Positions 1-10,072 of a DNA stretch of 64,000 bases are shown here, piece by piece. Made by a program: the position numbers and the translations under genes. The DNA comes from Acidobacteriota bacterium (GTDB taxonomy: Bacteria > Acidobacteriota > UBA6911): positions 6,464,001-6,528,000 of the forward strand of contig OY761556.1 of NCBI GenBank assembly GCA_963664705.1, in the 5' to 3' direction. Position 1 is the stretch's first letter. Each line of letters opens with the position of its first letter. The notes beneath the pieces are model-generated. The model saw nothing but the letters and a program-made list of their open reading frames with translations. It was not told where the DNA came from and did not search any database.

Positions 1-3000
1 TACGCCTGCGTCACGCTGAGAGAGCTGAGCGGTGTGTTCTTCTGCCGTAATATGGATCGGTCGATCGCCACGAAGGACCGATCTCAACGGCTCGCGAAAG
101 AATCCTTTGCGCGATCTCATGTATTCGTGTTCTGGCGGGATATCCTCAAGTCGCTTGTCCTGGCAGTTGCCACAAGTGCCGAGAAATGGCTTCGCCTGCA
201 AATGCCCGCAGACGGTGCACCGCAGCCATACATTGTCGAGCGCAAGGCGCAAGATCAGCCCATCGGTAACAATGAGACGGCCGGAGTCGTCGCCAGCAAA
301 TGTGTCCCGGGTGAAGACATCGAAAAGCTCATCCCGAAGCCGATCGAGATCGGTAATGGCCAGTCCCGTCTGTATGCGAAGGCGCTCGAAGAACTGCTTA
401 AGGCCGTCCGCAGCACGAATTGGTTGAAAATAGCCAAACTCGTCGATGCGAGCATCCTTTCCAAGTGCGGGATCGAATGCGAAGCGCCCAAGCATCTCGC
501 CAAGCCATGCGTTCGCAATCTCCTCGATCATGGGGGCCGTGCAGACACCAGCAAGTCGCCTTTGTAGGATGCGAAGTTTCGCAGGCGCGGCTTCGACTAC
601 AGCTGCGCAGGCTGCGACCAGAGAGTAATACGGATCCGCAATCTGGCGCAGCAGGGCAGTTCGGAAACGCGTTGGAGGGGTGGGATGCCACTTGTCCGCA
701 AGAGCAGTGTCTAGATCGTCGTAGTCCTTGCGGAATCGCGCACACTCCTCAAGCAATTCCTTCTGGTTGCGGCCATCGAAAAAGTGGAGGTAGTGGCGTG
801 CACAGATAGCAACAAATGCTGCGTATAAGGTCTCGTCTAGAGTCGCTGGAAGTGGTGTGGGAAGTTGGCTTAACTCTTGACATGCAAGAACGAGTGCTTC
901 TCTGAACGAATCGCGTTCGACCTCACGAGGTAGGTCGCGTGCGAGCCGGGCCGCTTTTTGCCGACCGTCGCTGAAGAGGAGAGCCTTGCGACCTTCGTTT
1001 GGATGTTGTTCGCTTAGTTCCTTTGAAGCGAATTGTGAGACAAACTGTTCTCTTACAAGGTTGGCGAATGGCTGCTCACCTTTTGTCGAAAGGTCCATTA
1101 TTTTTAGTGTCCCCCCGGATTGAGTCCTTCTCGTACAAGCCGGACAGACACCGAATGTAGTGATATTTTTAATCTTTTCAGCGGGAGCGTGTGCGCGGTA
1201 GCAGAGGAGAGTGCCCTCAGACGCTGTATGTGTTGTAGAAAGCACGCGCCCAGTTTTAACGTCAATCACCATTGGGACGACTGCCCCTCTCTGCTCAGGG
1301 TGGGGTTCCTCCACGAATAGGTGCAGTTCGTGGAGCGGTTGACCGAATTCCCTCAAATTCCCCCCCTGCTCGTGCCAGAGAAAGTCGGGAGTAGCGCTTG
1401 TCGCAAACGCTCGAAGATAAGCTGCGCCGCAGTCGCGATGAGTGAGGAGTTCGAATACTCGTCCTCCGCATTCGCACTGAGTATGTGGCTCAGCATATAG
1501 GCGACCTAGGAGCGTCTCTCCTGGAGAGTATCGCCGGGCTGAGCAACTCGAGTTTATACAGGCATAGAGCGGGGGAAGTCCGCGAAAAAGAAGGTGAACT
1601 CGCGTTGGTAATAGCGGTTGCTCTTCCCGTCCCTGTTCGGGTCGCCGAGCGAAGGTGCCGAGGGCAAGGAGTCCGTCTGTTGCTCGCTTGGCTTCAACAT
1701 GATCACTTTCTGGGAATAGCGTCTGAGACAGTGTCGAGAATTCACATGCATTGCCCGATGCTTGTTCGATGAGCAGTTCGAGGGGGCCGAACCCAGTTAG
1801 CGATTGGCAGACATATTTACGAGTCGCAATGTCGTTTCTATTGACAATCGGGGTGGGAGTTATCCAGCCTAGGTGTTTGGCAACGTCGGCTAAAACAGTG
1901 TTGGCCTCTCCAGGAGCGAACCCTGATGCCGCCAAAACATTTGGATTCACCGCCGCGAGAGCATTCGCCTCATCACGAGTTCCGGTGCGAGCGCCGGACC
2001 GAGCCTCGCGCGTACCACGAATGATCGCAAAATCCCTTTTGTTGGTTTCGCCCGTGAGATCCCGAGCGAACTCACGGACAGCCTTCTCTGCTGCTGGGTT
2101 CGTGCCCAGGCTGGCACTTGTCAGAATACAACGAAGCCGATCGCGTCCAATGCCCAGACGGGAGAGAAGACGACGAATCAGGAGACCGACCTCCGCTCCA
2201 CCAACGCCGCGGTACATGTGAGCTTCGTCGAGGATTAATATAAATTGATTATTTGCGTCGGAAGCGAGCCATGAGTGCGTTTGTTCAAACAGGGATCGCT
2301 CAATGGGCCTGAGCATCATATATTCGAGCATCGAATAGTTGGTGATGAGGAGGTCGGGTGCATGTATTTGCATCTCATGACGTGTGAGCAACTCTCGGTC
2401 TTGTGGCTGCGTCAGGAATCGCCGGCTCCAATAGTGACGGGTTCGCTCCTTTCCGGCATGTTTGCCACTCCTCACGAGTTCTCTCTCCTCGATGTCCCTC
2501 GCATAAAAATTCACGATGTCTTTCGCTGGCCACCGCCCGTGTTTTTTCAGTTCTGCAACCAATGCCTTATCTTCGATCTTTGACGATGTCTCAAGCCCTT
2601 CGTAGTAGCTAAGCAGAGCGTCGAGGTGTCGCTGATCCTTCGTACCGGACCGCACCCCAGGGTACGGAGTACGACTAGTGTACATGCCAAAGAGAACACG
2701 CCGTCCCCAGCGTTGCTCCATCATTTTTGCGAGCCTCTCGTCTCCAATAAGGCAACGAAGGCGGGCAGTCTGATCACTGACTAGAGCATTCATTGGATAT
2801 AGAAGTAGGGCTCGTACTCCGTGGAGTGCAAATGATGCACGTCGCTCTGTTCCCTCGAGAGCGAGGGTGCCAAGGATGGAATAGAGGAATGTCTCTGTTT
2901 TTCCTGAGCCCGTCCCTGTGGCTACGATCAAATCGTTACCATCAGCTCCCTTTGCGAAAAATTGTTCAAGTGCATCGGCCTGGTGTCGGTAAGGAGGATA

Positions 3001-3276
3001 GACGCCAATTCCTGGTTTCCATTCAGAGAGTTCCTGTAAGAGCCCTGTTACTGGTTTGGGTGCTCTCAGTCCGGAAAAACTACCGGAAACAGCATACGAA
3101 GGTGTTATCTCGATAAACGGACGCTGCGAGATGCCCCCGGGTTCTTCAAGGAGCAATCGCCTTTCCTCGATAAGTGCAGAATTGCGAATGTGATACTGCG
3201 CTTCAAGATATCTGCGCAACCTTAGGTGAATCCTCTGCGCAACCTCGTTGACCCCAAGTTCGATCTGGTGATTCAT
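1..3276 (-). CDS. druE: Druantia DruE-like large DEAD/DEAH helicase (5' 1092 codons; runs off window start, not in ORF track)
   Basis: Spot-translated by hand from the ATG at 3276 (RBS agaaagga). It starts MNHQIELGVNEVAQRIHLRLRRYLEAQYHI, then Walker A VATGTGSGKTETF, LYPMNALVSDQ, ILDEAHMYRG, and AEEHTAQLSQRD in the same frame at the window edge. It follows three genes sized like DruB/C/D. Confidence 0.85.
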   Translation of the reverse strand, partial: MNHQIELGVNEVAQRIHLRLRRYLEAQYHIRNSALIEERRLLLEEPGGISQRPFIEITPSYAVSGSFSGLRAPKPVTGLLQELSEWKPGIGVYPPYRHQADALEQFFAKGADGNDLIVATGTGSGKTETFLYSILGTLALEGTERRASFALHGVRALLLYPMNALVSDQTARLRCLIGDERLAKMMEQRWGRRVLFGMYTSRTPYPGVRSGTKDQRHLDALLSYYEGLETSSKIEDKALVAELKKHGRWPAKDIVNFYARDIEERELVRSGKHAGKERTRHYWSRRFLTQPQDRELLTRHEMQIHAPDLLITNYSMLEYMMLRPIERSLFEQTHSWLASDANNQFILILDEAHMYRGVGGAEVGLLIRRLLSRLGIGRDRLRCILTSASLGTNPAAEKAVREFARDLTGETNKRDFAIIRGTREARSGARTGTRDEANALAAVNPNVLAASGFAPGEANTVLADVAKHLGWITPTPIVNRNDIATRKYVCQSLTGFGPLELLIEQASGNACEFSTLSQTLFPESDHVEAKRATDGLLALGTFARRPEQGREEQPLLPTRVHLLFRGLPPLYACINSSCSARRYSPGETLLGRLYAEPHTQCECGGRVFELLTHRDCGAAYLRAFATSATPDFLWHEQGGNLREFGQPLHELHLFVEEPHPEQRGAVVPMVIDVKTGRVLSTTHTASEGTLLCYRAHAPAEKIKNITTFGVCPACTRRTQSGGTLKIMDLSTKGEQPFANLVREQFVSQFASKELSEQHPNEGRKALLFSDGRQKAARLARDLPREVERDSFREALVLACQELSQLPTPLPATLDETLYAAFVAICARHYLHFFDGRNQKELLEECARFRKDYDDLDTALADKWHPTPPTRFRTALLRQIADPYYSLVAACAAVVEAAPAKLRILQRRLAGVCTAPMIEEIANAWLGEMLGRFAFDPALGKDARIDEFGYFQPIRAADGLKQFFERLRIQTGLAITDLDRLRDELFDVFTRDTFAGDDSGRLIVTDGLILRLALDNVWLRCTVCGHLQAKPFLGTCGNCQDKRLEDIPPEHEYMRSRKGFFREPLRSVLRGDRPIHITAEEHTAQLSQRDAGV

Positions 3277-3299
3277 CAGTGATCCTTTCTGATTCACTG

Positions 3300-4334
3300 T
3301 TAGAACTCGATTCCGAGCCAGCGGAGCCTTTTGATTGCGAGTTCTTCGGAACGTACGAACGTCCACCTGCGCTGATAAGGATGATCTTCAGGAATCGTTA
3401 AGGAACCAAGCGCAGCAAACATACGCTGTTCTGAGCGGGGAAGCTCACTGGTAAACAGCCATTCATTTTTCCCATCTATGCATCTTGATTTTGCGCGGAC
3501 CGGATTCTTTGCTGCTAGGTCGTATGCGTACATAAGACGCCGAGCGTCAATACCATGGAGTTCGCATGTGCTCGTTATCTGATTGGAGCGCACATCAACC
3601 AGTCGATATTCACGCGCTCCATAAATCCGTGTGCGCCGGGCTAGTAGAGTGCCTGCCGTGGTCCCCGGAAAAGCGAACCACCGCTTAAACTGAGGAATTC
3701 CGGGTCCTACAGCACCCGGCGAGTAAAACTCGAATGAGTCCGAGTTCGCGGGTACATAGGGCTGGCGATCGAGAGAGTCAATAATCCCCTGCGCCCATTC
3801 TTGGAGCAAAAGCGAAAGCTTCGGCAGTTTCGCCCATGATTCCAGAGCCTCAACCGGCAGAATCGAAGCCAACTCCAATGGGAGACTGTCAAGATGACGA
3901 TGAGGACCATGGTATTGCACAGCATCTTGTGCGATTGGCAAAAATGCGGAAGGAATCCCTCCGACGAGCAAGTACCCCGACTTTTCAGGAAGCTCCACCA
4001 AGCGAGTAGTCGCTGGAACCCAGTAACCGTTGCTTAACTCAAGCAGATCTCCGGCGTCTTCCAGCAATGAGAGAGCCTCCCTCAACTCTGTGCGGAGGGT
4101 CTCTTTGCTGGTTCTTGAGCCCTCTGAAAGGAGTCTCCACGTTGGAAGTGCTGTGCCGAGCAAGCGGTTGACATGTACCTTGCTTGAGGGCGCGGCCATG
4201 CTCCAAACCGTAGATCGTAGAATTTCAAAGCGACTATCGGAGGGCAGGCATGAATTATCAATGCCTATTACGCGTCTAACGGCATTAGCCGCCCGCTGCG
4301 TCGGCCCATAAAACACCTCAAAACTCACTAGCAA
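3300..4334 (-). CDS. DruD-like hypothetical protein (344 aa)
   Basis: Long ORF overlapping the upstream gene and directly before the DruE-like helicase. Size and position fit type I Druantia DruD; no motif recognised. Confidence 0.6.
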   Translation of the reverse strand: MLVSFEVFYGPTQRAANAVRRVIGIDNSCLPSDSRFEILRSTVWSMAAPSSKVHVNRLLGTALPTWRLLSEGSRTSKETLRTELREALSLLEDAGDLLELSNGYWVPATTRLVELPEKSGYLLVGGIPSAFLPIAQDAVQYHGPHRHLDSLPLELASILPVEALESWAKLPKLSLLLQEWAQGIIDSLDRQPYVPANSDSFEFYSPGAVGPGIPQFKRWFAFPGTTAGTLLARRTRIYGAREYRLVDVRSNQITSTCELHGIDARRLMYAYDLAAKNPVRAKSRCIDGKNEWLFTSELPRSEQRMFAALGSLTIPEDHPYQRRWTFVRSEELAIKRLRWLGIEF

Positions 4335-6373
4335 AGCCTCCTTCGAAGACGGCTTAGCGTTGCGGCGAATGTTCCCTCTTCATCTCCCGCTTTGCTAAGC
4401 GCATTAGCTTGTTCTTCGGCGTTCAGCGCGGTGGCAACATAGGGGAGGATAAGACCATTCAGCAGTGCATCGGTGATGCGCTCCTCCCCACTATAGAGTC
4501 GGGTAAGTGCCGAGCCGAAGCGCTCTAAGGCGGGCCGAATTTCGAGACACTCCGGCCAAGCATCAATGAGCGAATCAATCACGGCAATCGGAACATCTCC
4601 AAGTGCCATGAACTCGCTCGACAAGGAGAGATCTCCCAGTGCAGTCTCCCCATTCGTTGATGCTGAACTCGGCTCAGGATAGATGGCAACCGCGTGGCTC
4701 CAGAGTTGGGGTGTGACGGGCACCGTGGTTGCGCCTGCCACGAATGTAGCAGCCAGCTTTAAACCGCCCATTGAGGCGATCGTTGACAATCCTGCGTCAG
4801 TCATCTGAAGGAGCGGCAAAACCGATGCTTCAAGCGGCGATCGATTAGCTCCCTCGAGTACAACAAGCGAGATGCCATCGATGTCCTTTGCGGCTGCAAC
4901 TGCATCTACGATGCCGCCCCCAGGAGCTTCGTCGAAATCCATCGGTTGGATGGAGTTCGGTGCAACGTGAATAATCAGCAGACGGTCACCGCAGATGCCG
5001 CGAGAGTATGCGGCGAGCGCAGCCAGTGCCCCAGGCCCAAGAGTAACGGGCATGAGACTTGCCGCCGTCGCAGCATGGATATGAATCATCACTGAAGGAT
5101 CGACGCCTCGTGCACGAGCTGCGTTCATTAGCATGCGTCGAAGAGAGACCCGGTCATTTATGCTCTCGCCTCTTGAGCTTGACCAATTAACGGAGCATCT
5201 CAATTTTTTGGGGGTGGGCGTGCTCGTTAAACGGCTTCCCTCGATACCAAGCAGCGGCCGCAACACGCTGACTTCTGCGAGGAGATCCAGCGGACGACTA
5301 ATAGCCTCAATCACGCGCGCTTTCACCGCCGCTTCGGTTTCACCTGCGACGATCACCTCTTTGTTCTTAAGCTCGATCAGCTTTTCCTCTGTCCTGCGCA
5401 ACTCCATCTCATTGGAGTTGAGTTGAGACATCATCTGGGCGTGCGCTTCTGTTGCATCTTTTAGTGCAGCGACTTCGTGCGCGAGCCGCTTTTCGAGGTC
5501 AGTCCGTATGCTTTGCTCGGTGTCTGTTTGAACCTTAGCTTTGAATTCGTCGATCGCTGCCTTTATTGCCGGATGCTCTCGCAAGATCTTCGATAACTCA
5601 TTTGCTTGGCTCGCAACAACTTCGGTATGCTCGAGAAGTGTTAGTGCTCGGTTTATCCGATAGAGATCCACTTCCGCATCGGGACTAGTTCCTTGAGATG
5701 CAAGTGCATGAGCTGCATCAGCGAGTTGCTTCTTCGTCTGTCCGGTGTCGTATCCTGCCTCTTTCGCTATGCGAACAGCAGTCTCCAAAGCTCGGCGCAG
5801 AACGAGAGCATCATCGTCCCAGTCGACGTAGCCGGATGGAGCCTTGCGGTCGACCTTCAGTAGCCGTTCATCTTGGTCTACCATAATAGATCGCACTTGC
5901 GAGCCCGTGAATATGGGTATGCGAGCCAAGTTCGTCCCGTTCAACTTAGCCATGCCTGTTTGTAAACGCGTTAACTCGACAGGTCCGACGAGAACGTCAG
6001 GCTCGCACCATAGTAATGCGCGTATCGTTCCAGCGTGTTTGGGCAACCGGATAAGTTCAGAAGCGAGCAAGGATCGGACAGCGGACACGGTCCCACAACT
6101 TCTCAGATCAAGAACCTCGAAGGCAGGTTTGGGATCTACGAGCCTATACTTGTATTTCTCGTTGGCGTTTTGTTCAGGCTCGAAGATTATGAGTGCGCCT
6201 TCTATTGCCATTTGAGCATTCGGCCAGAAGACCTGTCCCATGGATGGGAACTCCTCCATTGCATCTACCTGACGCCAATCGGTCTTTTGAAATTCAATAA
6301 GAGGACGTACTCCAGCGATAGGGTGGCCACCCTTGTCATGATGCGTCCATTCCACGACACCAAGCAATTTCAT
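4328..6373 (-). CDS. DruC-like protein with coiled coil and degenerate AAA/McrB-like C-terminus (681 aa)
   Basis: Central coiled coil; C-terminal VVLEGANRSPLE resembles a degenerate Walker B region; size and synteny fit DruC. Confidence 0.6.
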   Translation of the reverse strand: MKLLGVVEWTHHDKGGHPIAGVRPLIEFQKTDWRQVDAMEEFPSMGQVFWPNAQMAIEGALIIFEPEQNANEKYKYRLVDPKPAFEVLDLRSCGTVSAVRSLLASELIRLPKHAGTIRALLWCEPDVLVGPVELTRLQTGMAKLNGTNLARIPIFTGSQVRSIMVDQDERLLKVDRKAPSGYVDWDDDALVLRRALETAVRIAKEAGYDTGQTKKQLADAAHALASQGTSPDAEVDLYRINRALTLLEHTEVVASQANELSKILREHPAIKAAIDEFKAKVQTDTEQSIRTDLEKRLAHEVAALKDATEAHAQMMSQLNSNEMELRRTEEKLIELKNKEVIVAGETEAAVKARVIEAISRPLDLLAEVSVLRPLLGIEGSRLTSTPTPKKLRCSVNWSSSRGESINDRVSLRRMLMNAARARGVDPSVMIHIHAATAASLMPVTLGPGALAALAAYSRGICGDRLLIIHVAPNSIQPMDFDEAPGGGIVDAVAAAKDIDGISLVVLEGANRSPLEASVLPLLQMTDAGLSTIASMGGLKLAATFVAGATTVPVTPQLWSHAVAIYPEPSSASTNGETALGDLSLSSEFMALGDVPIAVIDSLIDAWPECLEIRPALERFGSALTRLYSGEERITDALLNGLILPYVATALNAEEQANALSKAGDEEGTFAATLSRLRRRLC

Positions 6374-8070
6374 GAGCGAGCCCCTCCAACTTCTTTTTTG
6401 CGTCGTCGCAGATCCAGTCGAGCACGGATGAGGGGAGCAGCTCCGACTAATCGCATTACCAGAGAAGTCTCTGATCGAGGTTGAACAAGGAGACTTGGGG
6501 ATACAGACTCCTCAATATGAGTGTTCAGGCTCGAGACATGATTGTGCCAAGCCAGCCGGCTGCCAGCAAAATCCTCACGAGGGGTGTCGGCGGCCGTTAA
6601 CACCGGGACGATCTCAATATGCCCGAAGTTGTCCGCCTCCAGTTCAATGCGCGATGCGGTTGAGAACGCAGCCTTAATCATTCTTTCCGCGTCGGCATGT
6701 GCGAGACCTCGGCTGGAGCGCTGCTTGCCCCGCTCCCACAATGTGAGTGAAATACGTACGTTATCAACGCCGAGGTCGATTCGTACTTCAGGCAACTCAT
6801 GCGCAGTAATGCTGATCCTGTGGCTTGCGGCTTGCCATGCCTCGATACATAGTTCGCCTATAAAAACACGTATCCGCGGTGTCTCTGCCAACAACTGTAG
6901 CAGCGCAACACGTGACGGTTTCTGGGCGAAACAGATATCGATGCTGGCATTCAACTCCGTATCGATATCAAGACGCGCAAGGGCAGTGCTAGCAGATCCC
7001 ATGATGACGTGAGCGATATTTTCTTCTGACGCTTTTACGATGGTTCTAAGGGAATTTGTCCCAATCGTGCAGGAAGCAAGAGCTTTGTCGCCACAGTTGG
7101 GAGCCTCCAAGGTGAATATGGGCGAGTCTCCAACCCAAAAGATGGGCTTATCGTATTCATTGTACGCGCGGGGTGGTGTGACGAGTTCCACACTCCATGG
7201 GCGGGGTAGTAACTCATGCCCGAGTCGCTTAAGCCAGATCGATGTGCTGTCAATGTCCTCAGACGGGAAATGAACCTCCCAGATTGTCCAAAGTATGCTT
7301 GTGCTGGAGAAATGGGCGCAAGCCTGAGCAACTATCGAATCTGGAGGAGCGCAGCGCTCATCTGCGAGCAGGATGAGTGTCTCCCCCTGATGTACTCCCG
7401 AGCCCGCGCGGAGTCGCGTCCACTCTCCGCAACGGAGTCGGAATAACGTTCCCTTGACTTCAAGTCCTCGCGATTTTAGGTGCCAGCGTTCCTTGTCGAT
7501 CGTCTCCGGCCATACTCCCTCCGGTTCTGTGCTAAATTCTTGGAGACTTGGAACAACGCTAACGCGCGCGGCTCCAATGCCAGGCCGCAGGTCGAGTGCG
7601 CTGACTTTCAGAAGAAGCTTTTGCCCCGCGAAAATTTCTATATATGCCGATCGCAGTTCGTTGAGTGTTCCATCCCCCAATTCATCGCCTGGGATCTCCG
7701 GTAAGCGCAGGCCTAACCCCCAAATTCCATCAAGTTGGGTTAGCAGCAATCCGAGTTCGGAAGGATCCTCCTCGACCTCTGCGAGAGTGGTCGTTGTGGC
7801 TCCACTAGCTGTATATGTTCCGGGATGGTACTGATCGCATTCAGGGGTTCCCTCGCCAGGGTAGTGACGGAAGTGCGGTCTCTGGATATGGACTTCTGGA
7901 AGGTATACTTGACCACCGCAGCCGGGACGCGGACACACATACTGGTGCCTTCGAAAGGCGTTTTGGGCCGCCACGATTTTTCCGCTAAATGCATCCTTTG
8001 CGTAATCCATAGATCGTCTTAATTGTTCACTGTTGGGGCCAGTTTCATCGCCTCCAATTGCATTCAGCAT
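6370..8070 (-). CDS. DruB-like protein with N-terminal CoiA-like Zn finger (start may be 8010)
   Basis: YVCPRPGCGGQVY...PHFRH...C zinc-ribbon motif; first gene of the four-gene operon ending in the helicase. Confidence 0.6.
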   Translation of the reverse strand: MLNAIGGDETGPNSEQLRRSMDYAKDAFSGKIVAAQNAFRRHQYVCPRPGCGGQVYLPEVHIQRPHFRHYPGEGTPECDQYHPGTYTASGATTTTLAEVEEDPSELGLLLTQLDGIWGLGLRLPEIPGDELGDGTLNELRSAYIEIFAGQKLLLKVSALDLRPGIGAARVSVVPSLQEFSTEPEGVWPETIDKERWHLKSRGLEVKGTLFRLRCGEWTRLRAGSGVHQGETLILLADERCAPPDSIVAQACAHFSSTSILWTIWEVHFPSEDIDSTSIWLKRLGHELLPRPWSVELVTPPRAYNEYDKPIFWVGDSPIFTLEAPNCGDKALASCTIGTNSLRTIVKASEENIAHVIMGSASTALARLDIDTELNASIDICFAQKPSRVALLQLLAETPRIRVFIGELCIEAWQAASHRISITAHELPEVRIDLGVDNVRISLTLWERGKQRSSRGLAHADAERMIKAAFSTASRIELEADNFGHIEIVPVLTAADTPREDFAGSRLAWHNHVSSLNTHIEESVSPSLLVQPRSETSLVMRLVGAAPLIRARLDLRRRKKEVGGARS

Positions 8071-8572
8071 GAGAGGCTGGCCAAAAGGCTGTTGTGGGAA
8101 AATATTGTTGCCTGTTGCTCTCCTTTCCCTATTCTGCAGGATCGGACCCGCCTACCAGTTCTGATGCAAATAGACTCTAGAATGGGCAGGCTGAGATTCT
8201 CTTGTTGCAGACTGCTCGTAGACCGTGTTCTTGCTGACGCTGATTCGCCCTACTATAGCAGCCCATATAATTGGCGACAATAAGTTTAATGGGCATCGAA
8301 AGCGTCGAGTAGCCAAGCAGCCGGATTGATCCAATCCAGCATTTATTTCTTTTGAGTCACTTTGTCTTACCAATCCTCTATCAAGTTCATCCATGGGCTT
8401 GACGAGTCTTTACTAAATTCGAACCTCCGACTTTGGCAAAGAGTAATATGTAAAAATGAACTCCTAGCTATACAAGTGCAGTTATGTGTCAGAATCGGTG
8501 AACTTGACAGAAACATGAGAGAAAAGACTGTCGATGTCTTTATTTGTCGAGCCTCATAGGGAGAAACAGATT

Positions 8573-10072
8573 ATGAAAATGCCGATTGTTCAGTTGCAGC
8601 AATTTATTCAGGCCATTCGAGATTCTGGATACCGCGGAACCGGTTCTGCTTTGGCTGAATTGGTCGACAATGCTTATGAAGCTGATGCAAAGAGCATCGA
8701 TATCATGGTTCAAATGGACTCCGAATATCCTTCGTCGAAAACTATCCTCGTTTCTGACGATGGATTGGGAATGCCTCCAGAGGTTCTTGAAATAGCCCTT
8801 CAATTTGGCGGAAGCAATCGTTTCGGAAATCGAACGACGATGGGCCGGTTTGGCATGGGATTGCCAGACAGTTCGGTCAGTCAAGCCCGCCGCCTAGAAG
8901 TGTATACTTGGACTGGTCCTAATGATGTTTGGTGGTCTTATCTTGATGTTGACGAGATTCAAGAGGGGAGATTGAGTGAAATCCCTACTCCTGTTCGAAA
9001 GAGATTGCCTGAAAATTATGGTGTGCGCCCATCAAGGAGTGGAACTGTCGTTTTATGGCGGAAATGTGATCGGCTGTTTTTTAAGGGCGAATACGCCCTA
9101 ATACGGAAGTTGAAACAAGAGCTAGGACGTATTTTTCGCCGGATGCTTTCTGATGGAAAGAGACTGAGGATTAACTGTGACGCAGTGCTGCCAATCGATC
9201 CATTATTTCTGCGACCCGGAAATAATCTTGTTGGAGCAACTCCCTATGGAGATGTGTTGGAATATCAAATAAGAGATGCGAGTGCCTTCGGGGGCAAGGA
9301 GGGCAGAATAACGGCACGCTTTGTAGAACTGCCCATAGATAAATGGGGCTCTCTTTCTAATGCTGATAAGCAGGAGTTCGGAATAAGCAAAAATGCCGGA
9401 ATCTCAATTATGAGGGCTGGCCGAGAGATCGATTTCGGATGGTACTTTATGGGCGGGAAAAGGAAAGAAAATTATGACGATTGGTGGCGTTGTGAACTTG
9501 AGTTCCCGCCACAACTCGATGAGATGTTTGGAGTGACTCACACTAAACAGGGCATAGCACCATCGGATTACCTGTCGCAATTACTGACGCCAGATTTTGA
9601 GTCAATTGCACATAAGCTGAACGCGCGCGTTCGATCCACCTTTATAAAAATCAAAAATGATAAGCTTCTTTCCTCTGAAAGGAGGGCTAGCGAATGTGAT
9701 AATTTGTTTTCACCTCCGAGCCAGGTTGTAAAAGCCGGAAGGATAAAGCACAAACAGAGCATGCGGATAACTAAAAAAATACACTATAAACTTTCAACCA
9801 AACCGCTCACTGGTTCGGAATTTTATATCCCCAAAATGAACGGTAATGAAGTGCAATTGATCCTAAATGAAAATCATCCTTTTTGCGAACGACTTTATAG
9901 CTCAATTAGGCAGGAACAGCACTGTGATACGCGCATGATAACAAAAGCATTGGAGCTCATTTTGTTTGCAGCTGCAAGGGCAGAAATCAGCACAGAGGCC
10001 GCTCAATCCAGAGTCGCGATTGAAGCATTCCGACGCTCCTGGAGCGATCTTATGGCTGCGTATTTGTCATGA
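8573..10072 (+). CDS. GHKL/MORC-type ATPase (HATPase_c_3)
   Basis: GHKL motifs ALAELVDNAYEA, DDGLGM, GRFGMGL, GTVV; RBS gggaga before the ATG at 8573. Confidence 0.85.
   Translation: MKMPIVQLQQFIQAIRDSGYRGTGSALAELVDNAYEADAKSIDIMVQMDSEYPSSKTILVSDDGLGMPPEVLEIALQFGGSNRFGNRTTMGRFGMGLPDSSVSQARRLEVYTWTGPNDVWWSYLDVDEIQEGRLSEIPTPVRKRLPENYGVRPSRSGTVVLWRKCDRLFFKGEYALIRKLKQELGRIFRRMLSDGKRLRINCDAVLPIDPLFLRPGNNLVGATPYGDVLEYQIRDASAFGGKEGRITARFVELPIDKWGSLSNADKQEFGISKNAGISIMRAGREIDFGWYFMGGKRKENYDDWWRCELEFPPQLDEMFGVTHTKQGIAPSDYLSQLLTPDFESIAHKLNARVRSTFIKIKNDKLLSSERRASECDNLFSPPSQVVKAGRIKHKQSMRITKKIHYKLSTKPLTGSEFYIPKMNGNEVQLILNENHPFCERLYSSIRQEQHCDTRMITKALELILFAAARAEISTEAAQSRVAIEAFRRSWSDLMAAYLS

Noticed and set aside
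32-3116. Many short ORFs listed in the track
   Set aside because: They are shadows of the minus-strand helicase that spans the region.
8381-8507. tcaagttca / tgaacttga inverted pair in the druB-MORC intergenic region
   Set aside because: Only 9 bp and ~110 bp apart; could be chance.
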